Part shown: positions 50,409 to 59,362 of the stretch, piece by piece
How positions within the stretch are numbered: the first letter of the stretch is position 1
Layout of the letters: each line of letters opens with the position of its first letter
From: Gammaproteobacteria bacterium
Lineage (GTDB): Bacteria; Pseudomonadota; Gammaproteobacteria; Ga0077536
Assembly (NCBI GenBank): GCA_963662545.2
Contig: CAXXLL010000002.1
Coordinates: 1,824,001-1,888,000, forward strand
Length of the DNA stretch: 64,000 nt
Direction of reading: 5' to 3'
Notes under the pieces: model-generated
The model's input: only the letters and a program-made list of their open reading frames with translations
Databases searched by the model: none
Told to the model about the DNA's origin: nothing
Made by a program: the position numbers and the translations under genes

Positions 50409-50600
50409 GGAATCGTAACGATGTGGGTGGGAGAGCGGTCTGAGAGGTGTCATGGTTTGAGGCGAATAGTGGTTCTATTTAACGAAAATCATGGTGCATC
50501 TGGACCGCTATCCCACCGCCGTACGACTGCATGGATGCAGGAGGTAGAGCAATGCAGGAGCAATTGCCGAGTAGATTTCCTAAGTTCGACAGGCTGCTAA
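50388..50600. mobile_element. Non-autonomous miniature inverted-repeat element (MITE), about 213 bp
   Basis: TTAGCAGCCTGTCGGACTTAGGGAATC (50388-50414) vs reverse complement of 50574-50600 TTAGCAGCCTGTCGAACTTAGGAAATC, 25/27 identical; internal inverted repeats; no transposase. Confidence 0.8.
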
Positions 50601-50608
50601 GCAGCCGG

Positions 50609-51265
50609 TCATTGAACGGCTGAGTGGGTTTCCGTCGCCGGTTCGAATACGCGCTTTATTTCGACTGGTTCTTTTAATATCCGCATTTCGAGCTTGATCT
50701 GGTAGAGCAGTTGACGGGGATTACTCTTGACCGTGATTTTTTCGATGACCTTACCACCGTTCGGCGGATCCGTTTCGAGTATCAGAGTGCCGCTCTCCCA
50801 GTAGGCCAGCGTGTGTCCCAGCGTATCGGCCACCAACTCCTCGCCGCTTGCCGAGAATACCCGGCCAGCCGGATTCGGTTTGATCGATCGCGGCAGCTCG
50901 CCGTCGTAGAGGATTTCGTAACCGTCATCGAGGCGTGAAATGTCGAAGCGGCCCGCTTTGACGAGTGGATATACCGCGCCCAGACGCCTTAAGTTTTTTA
51001 GGCTGCTTCGCTCTTTGCCTGCGCGGACCGTATCCCAGTAGGCGTTCTGAGTCTCGTCGTAAGGGCCTTTTTCCCCACTTCCCCGGATCGGCGGGCGCGG
51101 CGTTGGGAAACCTCTCTTGCGCAGTTTTCCGCTGAACGCCTTTTTCGTGTCATCACTCAGTACTTCATCGATTACCCAGCCACCTTCGATCGCTGGCTCG
51201 GCGTGAACGATCCCGGCGGTGAGGAGGAAGGCGGCTAAGGTGTATTTGAGCAATCCGACGATCAA
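50609..51265 (-). CDS. Hypothetical exported protein
   Basis: Signal-peptide-like LLKYTLAAFLLTAGIVHA then G.W..D...SDD; start uncertain (TTG 51265 or 51253). Confidence 0.6.
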   Translation of the reverse strand: MIVGLLKYTLAAFLLTAGIVHAEPAIEGGWVIDEVLSDDTKKAFSGKLRKRGFPTPRPPIRGSGEKGPYDETQNAYWDTVRAGKERSSLKNLRRLGAVYPLVKAGRFDISRLDDGYEILYDGELPRSIKPNPAGRVFSASGEELVADTLGHTLAYWESGTLILETDPPNGGKVIEKITVKSNPRQLLYQIKLEMRILKEPVEIKRVFEPATETHSAVQ

Positions 51266-51667
51266 AAACCTGCCCGTAATGGCGGCGTAGATACCGATGG
51301 GCACGCGTCTTCGTGGCACGCCCCGGTTCACCGTGGTGCGTCTGGTTCTCGATCTGTGGCGATCATCGTGCATTCGTTGGAACGGGCAGTGCGTTACGCA
51401 AAGGAGATCGCCGGGTTGCGTTATGCTTGTACGCCACCCGGAGAAGCCGGCGATCGACCGTTCGGATGCATGTTGCCACGCCGTACCCCGTGCCTCAACC
51501 GCATTGATCATGAAGGAGAAATATGTGGCCAGTATGAAGATTCCATTGCAACCTGGTCCACGCGCAGTGGCGGTACCGGTTGACGCAGGTCTCTGCTGCG
51601 ATACCCGGCTGACTGCTCGACGATTTACCGCGTTGCGATCCACTCGATCGGGGCAGGGCGTCCGCAC

Positions 51668-52336
51668 ATGATCAAGGTCATTTCGGTGATTAAGCGCAAG
51701 GCGGACATGGAAGTGGACGCGTTTCAGAAATACTGGTTGAACGTCCACGCCGACATCGTATTGCAGATGCCGGGGATTCGGCGCTATGTTCAGTCGCATA
51801 CACTGATCGCAGGTTACAGGAAAGGCGAACCGGCCGCCGACGGTATCGCCGAGCTATGGCTTGACGACAGCGATGCGCTGCACGCGCTCGCGGGCACAGC
51901 CGAACTGGCGGCCGCGAGCGCCGACCACGCCACATTCATCGCACCGAACAGCCGCCGCCAAATCGTGACCGTGGAGCACGTGATCAAGGACGGCACGATA
52001 CCGGACGGGGCGGTGAAAAACATCGAATTCGTCAAGAAGAAGCCCGGCATGCCGGTCGACGAATTCCAGCGTTACTGGAAGTCGGTACACGGACCGATCG
52101 GCGCAGCCATCGCGCCGATCCGGCGTTATGTTCAGAGCCACACCTTGGTCGCGGCCTATCGGGACAGGCAAGCACCGCCGCTCGACGGTGCGGCTCTGAC
52201 CTGGTTTGACGACACCGATGGCATGCGCGCTGCGGCGCGCTCCGCCGAATATGCGGCAACCCGTGCTGACGAGGACAATTTCGTGAGTGCGTCACTGGAA
52301 TTCATCATCACGCGTGAACACGTCATCGTGGCTTGA
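51668..52336 (+). CDS. EthD family protein (two tandem EthD domains)
   Basis: Two repeats of K(R/K)K..M.VD.FQ.YW..VH....IRRYVQSHTL...DG.A..W.DD. Confidence 0.88.
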   Translation: MIKVISVIKRKADMEVDAFQKYWLNVHADIVLQMPGIRRYVQSHTLIAGYRKGEPAADGIAELWLDDSDALHALAGTAELAAASADHATFIAPNSRRQIVTVEHVIKDGTIPDGAVKNIEFVKKKPGMPVDEFQRYWKSVHGPIGAAIAPIRRYVQSHTLVAAYRDRQAPPLDGAALTWFDDTDGMRAAARSAEYAATRADEDNFVSASLEFIITREHVIVA

Positions 52337-53174
52337 GCGCCGACGGGGCATTCGACAGAAATTCGAGTATCTCGGTATTCAAACCCGGCCATTGGCGATG
52401 GGTGCCGTCGGTTTCGCAGAATCGGGTGCGCCCGCCGACCGGACAACCCTCGTAATCGAAACAGCGCCCATCGGGTGGGCGCGTAGCGGCCCCGCAACGA
52501 TTGCACGTGGCGAACCAGGCCGCAAGCTCGGCGGCATAGCCGGGAAAGAGTGCGTCATGCGTTTGCTGCGTGATCATCACCGATAGCGGAGCGGGGCAGT
52601 CGTACTGCGCCAGATCGATCTGCCGGATCCCCGGTGCACTAATAGCGATTGCGCCCGGTAAGAGATCAATGTTGCCAAGGAAAACAATCGCGGCGGACGT
52701 CGTTGCACCGTCTGAATGCCCCGTCAGGTAAATGCGGTCATGGTCGATACACCAGTCCTTTTCGATGATGCCCGGTATCTCGGCAAGTACACGGATCATT
52801 CGCGGGGACAGCGGCCGGCTTTCGACATAAGCGACGACGATTCCCCGCCCGGTCGCCTCGCGGGTCAAACCGGTGAAGCGTTCGCTGCCCGCCGCGCCGT
52901 GGGTAGCAGCCGCGTAGACGACGAGCAGGGGGTGCGCCCGGGTCGCATCATAGTTCGAAGGCGTTCGCAGGTTGAAGCGGATTCCGTCGATCGCTTGCGC
53001 GCCGTTTACCCGGCCCGCGGATCCGCTGCGTTCACCTTGGGAGCAATCGACGCGATCGGATCTCCCGTAATCGTAACTGCCGAGGTCAAGCGTGGCGGCG
53101 GAATCCGGGTTGGGCGAACAACCGCCCGCAGATATTGCCGCGGCGCACAGAACGGCAAGCCCGTGGAGAGTCAC
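52323..53174 (-). CDS. PHB-depolymerase/LpqP-like esterase, probable lipoprotein
   Basis: Lipobox-like SAGGC; P.NYD....PLLV, CID.DRIYLTGHSDG, GTH..WP. Confidence 0.72.
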   Translation of the reverse strand: MTLHGLAVLCAAAISAGGCSPNPDSAATLDLGSYDYGRSDRVDCSQGERSGSAGRVNGAQAIDGIRFNLRTPSNYDATRAHPLLVVYAAATHGAAGSERFTGLTREATGRGIVVAYVESRPLSPRMIRVLAEIPGIIEKDWCIDHDRIYLTGHSDGATTSAAIVFLGNIDLLPGAIAISAPGIRQIDLAQYDCPAPLSVMITQQTHDALFPGYAAELAAWFATCNRCGAATRPPDGRCFDYEGCPVGGRTRFCETDGTHRQWPGLNTEILEFLSNAPSALKPR

Positions 53175-53178
53175 CGGC

Positions 53179-53922
53179 TTACCAAGATTCTCCGAAGGGT
53201 CGCAAGTCGAGTTCGAACGTCCAGGCATCGCGCGTCTGCTGATGCAGCGACCAGTAAGCGCAGGCCACGGATTCCGGATCCATGAGCGTGTGTTCTGGCA
53301 GCGTGTCGGGATCGATGCCGCGGTGTTCCCGGATCCGATCGCGTACCCACTCGGTATCGACGCCCGCGTCGATGATCAAGTGCGCGACGTGGATACCCTG
53401 TGGGCCCAGTTCGCGCGCCATCGACTGCGCGAGCGCGCGCAGCGCGAATTTCCCCGAGGCAAATGCACTGTAGCCATTCCCACCGCGAAGACTCGCAGTC
53501 GCGCCGGTAAAGAATATCGACCCGGCGCCCCTGGGCACCATGTGTTTCGCGGCCTCACGTCCCGTTAGAAAGCCCGCGAAGCAGCACAGTTCCCATACCT
53601 TGCGGAAGACACGCGCGGTCGTTTCGGCCAAGGGAAAATTCACATTTCCGCCAATGTTGAAAATGACCGCTTCTAGCGCCCCAATCTCTGCTTCAATGTG
53701 GGCGAATCGGTCCACCACCAGATCTTCGTCGCGCGCATCGAAACGTAAGGGATGAACGCTACCACCCGCGTTGCGGATGGTCTCAACCAGGGGTGCGAGT
53801 TTCTCTTCGTTCCGCCGTCCTACACAGACCGGGTGTCCTGCCGACGCAAACCGACGTGCAATTGCCGATCCAATGTAATCACCCGCACCGACGACGAAGA
53901 CCACGCCTTTCTCTTTTTCCAT
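53179..53922 (-). CDS. SDR family oxidoreductase
   Basis: VVGAG..IG, FTGATASLRG, FASGKFALR, GIHVAHLIID, WTFELDLRP. Confidence 0.9.
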   Translation of the reverse strand: MEKEKGVVFVVGAGDYIGSAIARRFASAGHPVCVGRRNEEKLAPLVETIRNAGGSVHPLRFDARDEDLVVDRFAHIEAEIGALEAVIFNIGGNVNFPLAETTARVFRKVWELCCFAGFLTGREAAKHMVPRGAGSIFFTGATASLRGGNGYSAFASGKFALRALAQSMARELGPQGIHVAHLIIDAGVDTEWVRDRIREHRGIDPDTLPEHTLMDPESVACAYWSLHQQTRDAWTFELDLRPFGESW

Positions 53923-53923
53923 A

Positions 53924-54757
53924 CTATCGACCTTCGAACTTCGGCTCTCGCTTCTCCAGAAATGCCTCGATGGCGCGCAGATGATCGTCGGTTTGCGTGC
54001 AACGCATCAGGCGATCGGCCTCCAGATCCAGACAGGTCGTCAGATCGGCAACCGTCGCACGGTTGAAATTTTCCTTCATGTAGCGAAGCGCGATCGGCGG
54101 CCCTTGGGCGATCGATCGCGCCAGCTCGCGCGTACGCCGCACGAGATCTTCGTCCGCGACGACTTCGTTCACGATGCCGAGCTTGAGACATTCGGCAGCG
54201 CCAACCCGCCTCGAGGTGAAATAGATCTCCTTGGCGCGCGCCGGTCCGACGAGTTGGGTGAGAAACCAACTCCCACCGTAGTCGCCGGATAAGCCGATGC
54301 GGCCGAACGCGGCGGTCACGAACGCGCTCGCCGCCGCAATGCGCAGATCACAGGCGAGAGCGATGCTGAATCCCGCGCCGGCCGCAGGGCCGGGTAACGA
54401 TGCGATCGTCGGTTTCGCGTGTTGATACAGACGCAGGGTCAAGGTCTTTTGCTTGTGCTGCAACGCGCGAATTTGCGCTTCGATCGGCGGACAGCTGGTG
54501 TCCTCGTTCTCGCCCCAGGTATCACGCATCGAACCGACGTCGCCGCCGGCACAGAATGCAGTTCCGGCGCCGGTGAGAACGACACAGCGTACGGCGTCGT
54601 CCGTTTCGAGGGCCAGCAGTATTTTACGCAGCGCGGGCGTCAATTCGTTCGATAGCGCATTGCGCTTTGCGGGTCTGTTGAAGGTAACGGTCGCAACGCT
54701 CTCGTCGATTTCGCACAAGAGTTGATCGGTGCCAGTGTCGATCGTTTGACTGCCCAT
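53924..54757 (-). CDS. Enoyl-CoA hydratase/isomerase family protein
   Basis: FNRP.KRNAL, AFCAGGDV, GPAAGAG..IALACDLR, GLSGDYGG, F.EKR.P.F.GR. Confidence 0.92.
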   Translation of the reverse strand: MGSQTIDTGTDQLLCEIDESVATVTFNRPAKRNALSNELTPALRKILLALETDDAVRCVVLTGAGTAFCAGGDVGSMRDTWGENEDTSCPPIEAQIRALQHKQKTLTLRLYQHAKPTIASLPGPAAGAGFSIALACDLRIAAASAFVTAAFGRIGLSGDYGGSWFLTQLVGPARAKEIYFTSRRVGAAECLKLGIVNEVVADEDLVRRTRELARSIAQGPPIALRYMKENFNRATVADLTTCLDLEADRLMRCTQTDDHLRAIEAFLEKREPKFEGR

Positions 54758-54776
54758 GGAATTACGCCTTCAAGAA

Positions 54777-54801
54777 CAAAAGCCGGGCTTTGAGCCCGGC
54801 T
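54777..54801 (-). terminator. Intrinsic terminator after LLM gene
   Basis: Minus strand AGCCGGGCT-caa-AGCCCGGCT followed by TTTG. Confidence 0.65.
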
Positions 54802-54835
54802 GAATACCTAGTCGCGATACAACTCCTAAATCGTT

Positions 54836-55912
54836 TCAACAAAGTGGTATGACCTGCTCCGCAAAATCCTTCGCGACCTCACGCGCGTGTGCGAGCGGCG
54901 GCAACAGGCTGACTTCGCCCAGCCCGTGATTCGCAGCGGTCTGGATCTTCTCCGCGATCTCGGACGGCCCGCCAACGAGTGAGGTGCCCTCGATCATTCC
55001 CGGCGTAACGAATTTCTTCTCGTTCTTGGTGTAATAGCTGCAATGTCCCTCGTGCAGGATCTGATGCCATTTCTCCTCGGGCAACGGGAAGCCTTTTACA
55101 TGATCGGAGTACTCTTCCCAAATTCCTTTCATGTACTCGGGTACGACAGCATCGTCATTGGTGTAGCGCCATATCTCAAAGACGAAATGAAGTGCCGTGA
55201 CTACCCACGATCCAGCGCGCTCTATCACTGCGTCATCCGTCAATTTTTCCCCGGCACGTAAAATCACGGCGTTGGTAAGGGTCGTCGTGTGATATCCGTT
55301 CAGCTTGCGACCCGCTTTTTCTGCGCCTTCAGCAACGTATTTCAAGTTGTAGTCGAGGACATCGGGCTGTTCGTTGAACACGGATATCAAACCGTCGCCG
55401 TACATGCCCGCCGATCGCAGTGCGCGCGGTCCGTTCGCCGCGACGTACATGGGGATGTGGTCCTCGATATTGCGAAACCCCGTATCGTGGTCCTGCCACA
55501 CGATCGCCGTGGTCTTGTCGCGGTAGGTGTAGTCCACTTCCTCGCCGTTCAGCATGGCCCTCACCACCCGCAGGTACTCGCGAAATTCCTTGATCGGCAT
55601 CGGGTCGTGGCCCATGACGCGCATGGCCGTGTGGCCCGTGCCAATGCCGAGAAAAATTCTACCCGGGGCGATCGCATTGATGGACGAAATGGAGGCGGCG
55701 GTGGTGGGCGCGATACGCGTACCCGTGATCGCGACGCCGGTACCGATCTTGATCTTGGACGTGTTATGCGCGGCCAGCGCCATGGTGGCGTAGCAGTCTG
55801 ACCACATCATCTGGGTGTCCGGAACCCAGCAGGCATCGTAGCCCAGGTCCTCGAGGTACTTGACGATTTTCCAGTCAGTGATGCGGGTCTGCAGGTGTAG
55901 GCTGAATTTCAT
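54836..55912 (-). CDS. LLM class oxidoreductase (Mer/F420-type branch suspected)
   Basis: LGYD.CWVPDTQ, IKIGTGV, PGRIFLGIGTG, IPMYVAANGP..L..AG..GDG. Confidence 0.87.
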   Translation of the reverse strand: MKFSLHLQTRITDWKIVKYLEDLGYDACWVPDTQMMWSDCYATMALAAHNTSKIKIGTGVAITGTRIAPTTAASISSINAIAPGRIFLGIGTGHTAMRVMGHDPMPIKEFREYLRVVRAMLNGEEVDYTYRDKTTAIVWQDHDTGFRNIEDHIPMYVAANGPRALRSAGMYGDGLISVFNEQPDVLDYNLKYVAEGAEKAGRKLNGYHTTTLTNAVILRAGEKLTDDAVIERAGSWVVTALHFVFEIWRYTNDDAVVPEYMKGIWEEYSDHVKGFPLPEEKWHQILHEGHCSYYTKNEKKFVTPGMIEGTSLVGGPSEIAEKIQTAANHGLGEVSLLPPLAHAREVAKDFAEQVIPLC

Positions 55913-56023
55913 GAGGGGTTCCTCTCTTATGGTTTTGCTGACTATAGCCAAAGCACACGTGTCTTGTAACCGTTAACGCGCGCCTGCGCACTCGCGGCCA
56001 CTCATATAGCCAGGACTTCAGGT

Positions 56024-57328
56024 CTAACGTCGACGAAAGCTTCGCCCGCCGCCGCTCCGCATCGCGCCCGTATCGAAATCTTCCGGCCCTACATCGTCGA
56101 CGTTGATGACGGTCAGGAGCTGGATCGTGGTGCAGCGGTTCGTTTGCGTATCGATGGTCGAAAACACCGTCAGTACCGGCGCGCCGGTTTCATTGTTTTC
56201 GGCGATGTGTGAATTCGGATGCGCAAAACCGCTGATGATGATTTTCCATAAAGCGCCGTTTTCTTTGTACGCCTTCCAGAGCGGCGCAACGTGGGTTTGT
56301 GCATCCAGGTAGAAAACCCGCCGGGTGACTGGTGCAGAAGGATCGACTGCCTGACCTTCGAGAATAATAACCGGCCGCAATTGCCACTGAATCTTCGGGA
56401 AACAGCCGGCCCTGCCGTGAAAGTCGACGTGCCAGTAATCGTACTTACGGGCTTTGCGATCGGCCGGTTCGATCCGATCGTGGCGGTACATGGGCAACAA
56501 CATGAACGTCGAGCCGAGGTATTGCCATGTCATATCGACGATGCGGCCGGAATAGATCAGAAAATCCGTCGGTAAAATATCGGTTCCGAACATCGATTCT
56601 TCGGTCGAAAACGAGGCGAGTGACTGGGTGCGTTGGAGTTGCGGGATGTAGACCCAGCCGTTGATGTCGCGCGACTCGTCACGGTTCGCGAACACCAGGG
56701 CCTGCGTGCCGTCGTAAGACCCGGCATCGATGGCATCGAGAAGAAACGCCCCGTAGGCATCCTGGGGATTTTTCTTGATGAAGGGGACCGGTTGCTGCAC
56801 ATGGCGATACATGAATCGCATGGTGCGTGCTTCGAACAACATTTCGAAGTCGACCGTGTCCTTGCGCCAGTCCCGCAGCTGCCAGTGCATTTCCGGTATC
56901 TTGCCGCTGTCGCCAGTATAGGCGTAACGCATGTTCCACGCGGTCTTGGTTCCGGCCCTGGGATCGTCGATTTCGAGACGTCCGGGGAAGGGTAGGCCCT
57001 GGGTGAAGTCGACTAACAATCCCGGATTGTCGGAGAGTCGGGGTTGGCCACGGAACTGGCGGGTGGCAAAGACGAAAGCGGGATGCGGCTTGAATGAAAG
57101 GGGCGGGTCGACCTCGATACTCGTAAATCCGCCTTCGACGAACTTCGCGAAGTCGCGATCGAACAGGTGGGCGTAGTGTTCGAAATTCCCCGAATCGATG
57201 ACCGTACCAGGCCGCGGACTGATCTCGTTTAATTCATCTAGGTCGAGGTCGAACTCGGCGGCAAGTCCAAATAAGGGCGCCAACAGGGCGGCTACACATA
57301 ACAGACAGGAGTACGGCGAAACCGTCAC
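56024..57328 (-). CDS. DUF1329-family periplasmic protein
   Basis: Signal peptide; QGLPFP, AG.K.AWN, WVYIPQLQR, FGTD....D, W.YLG, WQLRPV; GTG start inferred. Confidence 0.72.
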   Translation of the reverse strand: MTVSPYSCLLCVAALLAPLFGLAAEFDLDLDELNEISPRPGTVIDSGNFEHYAHLFDRDFAKFVEGGFTSIEVDPPLSFKPHPAFVFATRQFRGQPRLSDNPGLLVDFTQGLPFPGRLEIDDPRAGTKTAWNMRYAYTGDSGKIPEMHWQLRDWRKDTVDFEMLFEARTMRFMYRHVQQPVPFIKKNPQDAYGAFLLDAIDAGSYDGTQALVFANRDESRDINGWVYIPQLQRTQSLASFSTEESMFGTDILPTDFLIYSGRIVDMTWQYLGSTFMLLPMYRHDRIEPADRKARKYDYWHVDFHGRAGCFPKIQWQLRPVIILEGQAVDPSAPVTRRVFYLDAQTHVAPLWKAYKENGALWKIIISGFAHPNSHIAENNETGAPVLTVFSTIDTQTNRCTTIQLLTVINVDDVGPEDFDTGAMRSGGGRSFRRR

Positions 57329-57350
57329 CGAGGTGCACGCCGCGGGTTCA

Positions 57351-58442
57351 TCAGGCGGCCCAGGCAATATTTCCGGTAATCGCCTTTGATTGAAGGCGCG
57401 GCATGACTTCGCCCGCGAAACACGTGAGATTGCGCTCCGCCTCCGCCCACGGCATGCCGGCATAGCTGAATATCCCTACATAGGCTTCCGCGCCGATGCG
57501 CTCGACGTTGCCAACGATAGTGTCGTAGCACTTGTCCGGCGTACCCCAGGTCTGCAGGTTCATGAAATACTCGACGGCCCCGTCGACCCCTGTTTTCGCG
57601 ATACTTTCGGCAAACTTGCCGTAGTATTCGTAGCCCTTTTGATTTTTGAGATGGTCGGTGTCAAAAGCATAGTGATCCAAAACCGACTGCCAGTAACGCC
57701 CGATGTAGCGCTTTGCCTTCTCGTAGGCCCGTTCTTCATCCGGTTCGCAAAATGTCCATCCGGCCACGATCGGGGCCGGTGGATCTTCGCCGTTGATCCG
57801 ACGGTAGCTCTCTTTGTACGTGGCGACTTCCTGCTCCACCTGGTCCCAGGGTTTCTGCGGAACGATGAGCAGGCCGAGCCCGAGGCGCGCCATGATTTCA
57901 ACCGATTCGGGTGACACGGCCGCGGCGTAGGTCCGGCCCTTGAAGGTCTTGAACGGCGCAGGGCGTATAGCGGCCCTGGGCTGCTTGACGAATTCCCCCT
58001 GATATTCGCAATAGCCCGTCTCGAGACCGTCTAGCACGCATTCCGCGCGCTCGATGAAGCGCGGCCTGGAGTCCGCCATGTCCTGGCGAAAGGCATCGAA
58101 CTCGACGCGACCCGCGCCGCGGCCGAAGCCCAGGATGAGGCGGCCGCCGGACAGATGATCGAGCATGGACACCTGCTCGGCGACCCGCAAGGGATCGTGC
58201 CACGGCAGCACCACCACCATGGATCCAAGTTTTACTTTCTGCGTGCGTCCCGCCATATAGGTTAGAAACTGCAGCGGATCCGGACACATCGTGTAGTCGG
58301 TGAAATGGTGTTCGATGGTCCAGACCGATTCGAAACCGAGCGGCTCGGCCATTTCCGCGAGTCGCACGTCGTTGGCGTAGACGTCCTGATCGTTAGTGTG
58401 TTTGTCCGGGTATTGAAAAATCGTGCACATGCCGACGTGCAT
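57351..58442 (-). CDS. Luciferase-like (LLM class) monooxygenase, paralogue of 239-1378
   Basis: MHVGM, EHHFTDYTM, KVKLGSMVVVLPW, RTYAAAVSPES, KGYEYY, FSYAGM; GGAGG RBS. Confidence 0.9.
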   Translation of the reverse strand: MHVGMCTIFQYPDKHTNDQDVYANDVRLAEMAEPLGFESVWTIEHHFTDYTMCPDPLQFLTYMAGRTQKVKLGSMVVVLPWHDPLRVAEQVSMLDHLSGGRLILGFGRGAGRVEFDAFRQDMADSRPRFIERAECVLDGLETGYCEYQGEFVKQPRAAIRPAPFKTFKGRTYAAAVSPESVEIMARLGLGLLIVPQKPWDQVEQEVATYKESYRRINGEDPPAPIVAGWTFCEPDEERAYEKAKRYIGRYWQSVLDHYAFDTDHLKNQKGYEYYGKFAESIAKTGVDGAVEYFMNLQTWGTPDKCYDTIVGNVERIGAEAYVGIFSYAGMPWAEAERNLTCFAGEVMPRLQSKAITGNIAWAA

Positions 58443-58528
58443 GGTTTGGACCTCCGCGGAACCGCAAATTTAGTGGCGGCGCACTATAGGCGGAACCGAC
58501 TGCCTTGTCGATTCTGAATCGCCGCGCC

Positions 58529-58936
58529 TCAACTGTCGGCGTGAAAGAAGTTGAGTTCGATGGTGACGCCGTCGGGGTCGTTAATGAACAACTGGCTCAA
58601 GGAAAAGTCGGGGATTTCGCGTCGCTGGAAGTTGAGATTCCGTTCCTCGAAACGCGCTTCGAAACTGTCGATGTCACTGCCTCGAAACGCGATGTGATCG
58701 ACGGGCCCGGTGCCGCCCGTGATTTTGCGTTTCTCGCCGTCCTCGGTATAGCCACCTTCGAATTCCTCGTTGCCGACGTGAACGACCGGACGATCTTCGA
58801 GATAAAACCAGAAGCCGGGAAACCCGAAATCGGGTCGGGGACCCTGTTCCAGTCCGAGGACCTCGCTGTAGAACGCGCGCGTGCGTTCGAGATCCGAAGC
58901 GTAGACGAAGTAGTGGTCGAGTCTATCGAGTGGCAT
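58529..58936 (-). CDS. VOC/glyoxalase family protein
   Basis: LDH..V...DLE.T..FY..VLGL, RP.F.FPG.W, DHIAF, QLF..DPDG..IELN; GAGGAG RBS. Confidence 0.88.
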   Translation of the reverse strand: MPLDRLDHYFVYASDLERTRAFYSEVLGLEQGPRPDFGFPGFWFYLEDRPVVHVGNEEFEGGYTEDGEKRKITGGTGPVDHIAFRGSDIDSFEARFEERNLNFQRREIPDFSLSQLFINDPDGVTIELNFFHADS

Positions 58937-59362
58937 GTGCTACTCCTCACTTTCGTGTCGGACCGTTGGTCATTCGGCCCCGCTGCTAAAAGGCGTGACA
59001 GCATATCATTTCTCTATTTGGACGCAGGTTTGAGCCATGACCGCAGGGCTCGGGAAAACGGCTGCCTGCGCTCCTGCGATGGGGTCGCGACCGTTTACAA
59101 AGGTTTAGCTCGGCGTCTGTCGATAAATTCCGCAAGAACCGATGGAAGCAACGACCGAGACGAAACCCAGCGTCGCGCCGAATCCCACCGGCGGACGCCG
59201 CGCCAGGCAATTGGGAAAAAGTCTGCGGGCCATCGCACTCGCCGGGCTGTCGGCCGTGTCGCACTTGGCAGGGTAGACGCCCTCACGTATGCTGCGCTGC
59301 AGTATACGAGGCCGTTTTCGGCTAGTGGCCGCGCAAGCAGTTCAAAAAAAAGAGGGATTCGA

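Noticed and set aside
51266-51799. N-terminal half of the 396-aa ORF and short ORFs at 51297-51671
   Set aside because: Overlaps the EthD gene antisense, Arg/Pro-rich non-protein-like composition, no motif or RBS; left unannotated
58505-59362. Apparent 695-aa PhaZ with a long novel N-terminal domain
   Set aside because: The extension is the antisense reading of the VOC gene (58529-58936) plus intergenic DNA; PhaZ similarity and an RBS begin at TTG 59363
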